Below, one piece after another: positions 58,938 through 64,000 of a stretch of 64,000 nt of DNA. The notes under the pieces were generated by a model that searched no databases, was not told the origin of the DNA, and worked only from the letters and a program-made list of their open reading frames with translations. Each line of letters begins with the position of its first letter. Position 1 is the first letter of the stretch. The stretch covers positions 23,830 to 87,829 of the forward strand of contig JAHFNT010000002.1 of assembly GCA_023267195.1 (NCBI GenBank). The letters are read 5' to 3'. The stretch comes from Candidatus Nomurabacteria bacterium. Its GTDB lineage: Bacteria > Patescibacteriota > Minisyncoccia > Phycocordibacterales > UBA9973. A program made the translations under genes and the position numbers.

Positions 58938-58970
58938 ATTTTTGCATATACGCTATAGCGTAGATTAATA

Positions 58971-60725
58971 TTAGTACACTTCTTGCTGGTAACATTTTTC
59001 ACAATAAATCACCTCTGGCCGACCGGGCGCATAACTTGTTTCAAATTCTACCTCGCAATTCCCCGCCGCATGATTTGCATGATTTTCCTTATCACACATA
59101 CAACTTCTGTGCCATAGTTTCATTGGATTACGAACTTTCAACCTTGCATCATGACGACAACCAAAGCAAAGACGAGGTATCGGCACCCCTATTCTTTTAT
59201 ACAACCTAAATTCATCTTCTGTGATTCTAAACGCCCCAGAACAGCGATCTCCGCATTCTCTATTGTGTAAACAACTGATGATTTCTTTTGGGATAGATTC
59301 TTGTACGTCTTTAAAACTATCAGGCAGATCTTCGGCTTGTATTGTTATTTGATATTCATTGGTCTTTTTATCTCGCCATCTATATCCCCTTTTGAGAGCT
59401 TCATCTTTTGTTAAAGGAAAATAATCTTGAGCCTGGGTTTCATTGTAGCAAAATGTGGATAATTCCGATGGAAAAAATTCTCCATATTTATAAATGAGAC
59501 CTTTCTTGTCGACATACGACATTGTATTCATGTGCTCAATAATCTTCGGTAAAAGTTTTTCATATTCTTCTTTACTGTATTGTTTATTTAAAATACAATA
59601 ATTTTTATTTCTAAGGCCAATACAGCCAAATAAATTAGAGCAATTAAAACAATAAAAAGAATATTCAACATTTTTGGAACTGTAAACCACATTCGTAAAA
59701 AGACTACGAAAAGAACCCAGACCACCGTCAAAAACTTCATACATCAATTCACCAATACCTACCCCGGGACCCGCATCATACGAATCCTTGATCCGCAGAG
59801 CCCAGTGAAGATATTTAGAATCTTCAACCTGTCCGGCTGTGTCAAAACTATTTTGACAATTTTTTGTCCCTTCAAGATTATCACCCGTAGAATTTACGAC
59901 TTTTATTTGATTGGTAAAACGATGTAAGGCATTCAAATAAAATTCTTTAAATTTTTTATGCAATCTAAGAATAGTTGAATAACTGGTTAGATCAAGTCCA
60001 GCTAAACGCTTGGCATATTCTTCTTTGGAAAGTTGCTCATTCCACATACAATATGACTTGTTTCGGAGATTCGTACACCCAAAACAATTTATACAACCAT
60101 GACAATCGTACAGAAAGTACGAATCCACGCAATTCTTACAATTTAAAGAATACAAAACGTGATAACAATCTGAACAAAATATATCGTCATAACAAAGCTC
60201 AGAACGATGAACAACATATAAATCGGAACTATCCTTAATTTCTGAAACTCTATTGGAATAAAATGTTTTTTCTATTATAAAACACGCTGAAGTCATATAA
60301 CTATCTTTGCTATCTTCCGCGACATTACAATAATCACTATTTACTGCTTTTGAATTCGAAAGAGATTGTTGGGGAAAAATATCTCTCAATTCTTTCCATT
60401 GTTCAAAAAACGGCTTAGAAAAATTATATTCTTTGCCGTAAGCAACAGCGTCCCAACTATCACTCCACCAGTATTTTATGTCATAAACCACAAGTTTTTC
60501 ATCAGGATGATATATTGTAATAATATCTTCATGGTGACTAGAAGCATCGTTTTTTCTTTTATAAAGAGACATTTCGTTTCTCCAACACAAACGTCTAATG
60601 GTGCGGCATTCTGGGCAAAAAGTCGGCGGGGGGACTTTTATTTTTTCGTAAAAGTTAAAATCTTCGGGCTCTATGATAAAGTCTTGTTTACAGTTTTGAC
60701 ATATTTTATTTTCACTTTTATACAT
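58971..60725 (-). CDS. Cys-rich multi-zinc-ribbon protein, paralog 5
   Basis: Same family; in tandem with paralog 4, 2 nt after the dnaJ stop. Confidence 0.9.
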   Translation of the reverse strand: MYKSENKICQNCKQDFIIEPEDFNFYEKIKVPPPTFCPECRTIRRLCWRNEMSLYKRKNDASSHHEDIITIYHPDEKLVVYDIKYWWSDSWDAVAYGKEYNFSKPFFEQWKELRDIFPQQSLSNSKAVNSDYCNVAEDSKDSYMTSACFIIEKTFYSNRVSEIKDSSDLYVVHRSELCYDDIFCSDCYHVLYSLNCKNCVDSYFLYDCHGCINCFGCTNLRNKSYCMWNEQLSKEEYAKRLAGLDLTSYSTILRLHKKFKEFYLNALHRFTNQIKVVNSTGDNLEGTKNCQNSFDTAGQVEDSKYLHWALRIKDSYDAGPGVGIGELMYEVFDGGLGSFRSLFTNVVYSSKNVEYSFYCFNCSNLFGCIGLRNKNYCILNKQYSKEEYEKLLPKIIEHMNTMSYVDKKGLIYKYGEFFPSELSTFCYNETQAQDYFPLTKDEALKRGYRWRDKKTNEYQITIQAEDLPDSFKDVQESIPKEIISCLHNRECGDRCSGAFRITEDEFRLYKRIGVPIPRLCFGCRHDARLKVRNPMKLWHRSCMCDKENHANHAAGNCEVEFETSYAPGRPEVIYCEKCYQQEVY

Positions 60726-60727
60726 AA

Positions 60728-61834
60728 TTAGATTCCCTCTTTTTTGAGTTCTTCTACCACCTCGCGAGCTTTGCGGGAAAGCTTGCCGGGAAGTTTGATA
60801 TGCAACTTGATTAAGAGATCACCACGCTTACCCTTGCCAAAAGGCACGCCCTTTCCTCTGACGCGCAATATTTCGTTGACTGACACACCCTCTGGAATCG
60901 TCACTTCGATTTCCCCGTCTAAAGTTTGTATGGTATGCTTGGTGCCCAAAAGCGCATCAGATAACTTTATGTTCAAATTCATCACCAGGTCATTGCCATC
61001 ACGTCTGAAAACTGGATGCGGTATGACATTTATTTTTATATACAGATCGCCGGTTGTGCCTTTGGAGATCGCTTCACCATAGCCAGTCATTCGCACCATT
61101 TCCCCATCTCTCATACCGGAAGGAATAACAATTGAAATTTCTTCTTCCCGTCTAAGCACGCCCTTGCCTTTGCAATTTTCGCAAAGCTCCTTTGGCACTT
61201 GGCCAGCTCCAAGACATACTTCACAAGTTTTCGTACTGCCAATATTCCCAAAAATAGTCCTTTTGGACTCATGAATTTTCCCTTGCCCATTGCAGTGTTT
61301 GCAAGTTTCCATTTTCGTTCCAGCTTTGGCGCCAGAACCATTACACGTCAGGCATTTAGAAGTTTTAGTAATCAAAATTTTTCTAGTCGTGCCAAAAATA
61401 GCATCCGCAAAAGAAATCTGCATCTCTGTAGAAATATCACGGCCTCGGCGCTGCTGTGTTCTACCCCCTCCCTGACCCCCCATTGCCCCTCCGAAAAAAT
61501 CACTAAAGATATCGTTTAAATTTCCAAAATCAAATTCTACCCCACCATTTCCAAAGCCCTCAGCGCCACTGAAATCGAAACCTCCAAAACCTTGCCCAGC
61601 CCCACCATAGCCCTGACCCATATTTTCAAAACCAGATCCGAACTGATCGTATTTGGAACGCTTTTCATCATCAGAAAGGACTTGGTACGCCTGATTTACT
61701 TCTTTAAATTTCGCCTCATTTCCCCCTTTCTTGTCGGGATGATATTTATGCGCCAGCTTATAAAAAGCCTTTTTAATTTCATCCTTTGACGCGCTCTTAT
61801 TTACTCCCAAAATTTCATAATAATCTTGTTTCAT
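60728..61834 (-). CDS. dnaJ: Chaperone DnaJ
   Basis: DYYEILG, HPD, G/F region, four CxxCxGxG repeats. Confidence 0.97.
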   Translation of the reverse strand: MKQDYYEILGVNKSASKDEIKKAFYKLAHKYHPDKKGGNEAKFKEVNQAYQVLSDDEKRSKYDQFGSGFENMGQGYGGAGQGFGGFDFSGAEGFGNGGVEFDFGNLNDIFSDFFGGAMGGQGGGRTQQRRGRDISTEMQISFADAIFGTTRKILITKTSKCLTCNGSGAKAGTKMETCKHCNGQGKIHESKRTIFGNIGSTKTCEVCLGAGQVPKELCENCKGKGVLRREEEISIVIPSGMRDGEMVRMTGYGEAISKGTTGDLYIKINVIPHPVFRRDGNDLVMNLNIKLSDALLGTKHTIQTLDGEIEVTIPEGVSVNEILRVRGKGVPFGKGKRGDLLIKLHIKLPGKLSRKAREVVEELKKEGI

Positions 61835-61841
61835 GGTTCTT

Positions 61842-63413
61842 TTATATCATAGGCTCAGCTTCTTGTGAAGCTTTTTTATTGGAAATTTTTTTCTCTCCGA
61901 CCTCTATGTCGGAGTCCGACTCTGGTCGGACTTGTTTTTCTTCAACACTTTCCTCAATATTTTCTCCCTCTTCAATTTTACTTCCATTTTTTTCTTTTTC
62001 TTTTCTTTTCGCCCGTCCTTCTATGATTGCTTTTTCTTCAGCGCTGCGAATGATGGTAGCTTCTTCTTCGGCAATCAATTTGGCTGCATCATCTCTAGAG
62101 ATTGAATATTTTCTACGGGATGCGTCTAATATTTGTTGTCTGAAGGACGGGTGGGTAGGCGGAAGAACTTTCAGGGTTTCTGCGGAAAATGGATCATAGG
62201 ATTCTCCGTCAATTGTCATTTTGATATAAAATTCAGTCACTGCCAGGTTGATCATATCCTTGATATCAAACACCGGAGAGAATTCTGGTTTCATTTTTAC
62301 TGCGTCTTCACCTCCAATACGAAAAGTAATGATACTTCCGCAGTTACCGAGCACCGCCTGGTGAACCTTTGTTAAAATTTGCCCGACATATTGATGCGCC
62401 ATGGTCAAATTGAGTCCGTATTTGCGCGCCTCTGATAATATATTTTCAAAAGTCTGAGTTACGACGTTCTGGAACTCGTCCACGTAGAGATAGAAATCTG
62501 TACGATCTTGTTCGGGAATAGCGGCCCGCTCCATTCCAGCTTGTTTTATTTTTGTTAAAAATATAGAACCAAGGAAAGAAGAATTTTCTTCGCCTAGTCT
62601 GCCTTTTGAAAGATTAATGAAAATTATTTTTCCCTCATTCATCAATTTGCTAATATCTATTTTATTTTGCTTCTGGCCGAAAATATTGCGCAGGAGCGGA
62701 TCCGAAAGAAATTGGCCAAGCTTGTTCACGAGAGGAATGATGGCATCAGTGTCAAATTTTTCTGACCAATCGGCGAATTCAATAGCGAAGAATCTTTTCA
62801 CCATGTCGTCGGTAATATATTCCACCACTTTCTGCCGGTAATTTCTGTCCGTCAACATCGAGATCATCCCGCGCATCGTCGCATGCGGATAATCAAGCAA
62901 AGCTAAACAGGTAAAACGAAAAACGTGTTCTAGGCGAGGAGTCCAATTAGCGCCGAATTGTTTTTGAAAAACTTCAATCAAACCCTGAGTCAACTGAAAC
63001 TTAAACATCGGATCCACATTGGCCAAAGGATTAAAAGACGCCGGAAAATCAATATCGGCTGGATCTATAATGCACACATCTTCAATACGATCTTCGGGAA
63101 TATAATCAAGCATTGAATCGATGACATCCCCGTGCGGATCAATCAAGCAAAGTCCATGCCCATAAGAAACATCCTGACGGATAAAAAGCTCCAGAAGTTT
63201 GGTTTTACCAACTCCAGACTTACCAATAATATAGAGATGTCTTCGGCGGTCTATGCGCTTGATACCAAAAACGAATTTCTTTTCTTCCAGTGAGGCTACA
63301 TAATTCGTGCGCCCAATAAAAGAAACCTCTCGCGGATCAACTTTACCGAAGACGGGCAATTCTGGCGGAGGCGGAGCATATTTTATTATCTGTACTCTAT
63401 TGGGCTTCGGCAT
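61842..63413 (-). CDS. VirD4/TrwB-like (HerA-FtsK superfamily) ATPase
   Basis: HLYIIGKSGVGKT Walker A, IDPHGD, LYVDEFQ Walker B, SEARKY, AHQ. Confidence 0.88.
   Translation of the reverse strand: MPKPNRVQIIKYAPPPPELPVFGKVDPREVSFIGRTNYVASLEEKKFVFGIKRIDRRRHLYIIGKSGVGKTKLLELFIRQDVSYGHGLCLIDPHGDVIDSMLDYIPEDRIEDVCIIDPADIDFPASFNPLANVDPMFKFQLTQGLIEVFQKQFGANWTPRLEHVFRFTCLALLDYPHATMRGMISMLTDRNYRQKVVEYITDDMVKRFFAIEFADWSEKFDTDAIIPLVNKLGQFLSDPLLRNIFGQKQNKIDISKLMNEGKIIFINLSKGRLGEENSSFLGSIFLTKIKQAGMERAAIPEQDRTDFYLYVDEFQNVVTQTFENILSEARKYGLNLTMAHQYVGQILTKVHQAVLGNCGSIITFRIGGEDAVKMKPEFSPVFDIKDMINLAVTEFYIKMTIDGESYDPFSAETLKVLPPTHPSFRQQILDASRRKYSISRDDAAKLIAEEEATIIRSAEEKAIIEGRAKRKEKEKNGSKIEEGENIEESVEEKQVRPESDSDIEVGEKKISNKKASQEAEPMI
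61895..61931. repeat. Double CCGAC/GTCGG hairpin in frame in the ATPase C-terminal tail
   Basis: CTCCGAC-CTCTAT-GTCGGAG overlapping GTCCGAC-TCTG-GTCGGAC. Confidence 0.65.
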
Positions 63414-63457
63414 GTAAATTATTGATTACTTAATGTTAAAAGTATATCATATAAAAT

Positions 63458-64000
63458 ATGAAATTACATAGATTTATTGGAGATTTCGACCTCGCCAAAA
63501 ATGAAATAGAAATCACCAACCCTGAAAATATCAAGCAAATAAAGGGTGTTTTGAGAATGGAAAAAGGCGAGAAAATCATTCTGTCGGACGGCAAAGGAAA
63601 TGAAGCAGAGGCTGTGCTGGCTTTTGTTTCGGCAGAGAAAATCATCTGCTTTCTGAAAAAAATAAATAACCAAAAAGAATTGACTAGAAAAGTAAATTTA
63701 TATTTAGCCATTTTGAAAAAAGAGAATTTTGAACTGGCTGTACAAAAAGCAACCGAAATTGGGGTCTCTAATATTACACCGATAATTACCGAGAGAACAA
63801 TTAAGACCGGGTTGAATATCCCCCGTCTACAAAAAATTATATTGGAAGCAAGCGAACAGTCTGGCAGAAACATTTTACCTACTCTGTCCCTTGTTTTAGA
63901 TTTTCCGGTGGCCCTGGCGTATGGCAGCGCGGCGCCGGAGAAAATAATATTTCATCTAGGGCATAAAATGTATGAGGCAAATGAAAAATCAAAAAGCATA
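63458..64000 (+). CDS. rsmE: 16S rRNA m3U1498 methyltransferase, 3'-truncated by the window edge (not in the ORF track)
   Basis: MKLHRF...VLRM..G..IILSDG.G...K.E..E..VQKATEIGV..I.P..TERT...EASEQSGR. Confidence 0.9.
   Translation, partial: MKLHRFIGDFDLAKNEIEITNPENIKQIKGVLRMEKGEKIILSDGKGNEAEAVLAFVSAEKIICFLKKINNQKELTRKVNLYLAILKKENFELAVQKATEIGVSNITPIITERTIKTGLNIPRLQKIILEASEQSGRNILPTLSLVLDFPVALAYGSAAPEKIIFHLGHKMYEANEKSKSI

Noticed and set aside
61842-63413. Conjugative element implied by the VirD4-like ATPase
   Set aside because: No relaxase, VirB genes, integrase or att sites nearby; such ATPases are common chromosomal genes in CPR.
63436-63873. Minus-strand ORFs 63436-63873 and 63464-63673
   Set aside because: Shadows of the plus-strand rsmE that runs off the window.

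Overview
AT-rich, gene-dense bacterial window. The gene content (VirD4-like ATPase, pilin-like peptides, multicopy Cys-rich proteins, largely SD-less genes) suggests a Patescibacteria/CPR genome, probably Parcubacteria; this is an inference. 3.4-23.8 kb is a near-complete de novo purine cluster (purL,Q,F,N,D,A, guaB,A, purH,E,M,C,B; no purK in the window). The rest is mostly housekeeping, plus agmatine catabolism genes and five dispersed paralogs of a ~580-aa Cys-rich zinc-ribbon protein. The most striking structure is 46.14-47.32 kb, between trpR and prs, which the ORF track largely misses. It holds two tandem minus-strand cassettes with the same order: DnaA box, 8 nt, sigma70 promoter, aromatic-codon leader peptide (WW in one, YFFFSF in the other) with attenuator-like alternative hairpins, a small protein (58 or 66 aa), a very strong SD, an 8-codon peptide ending Arg-UAG, a conserved switchable structure, and a homologous terminator. 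Also notable are short GC-rich hairpin elements sitting in frame inside housekeeping genes, and a strict -10/6-nt/start-codon leaderless pattern. All calls come from reading the sequence; no searches or folding programs were run.
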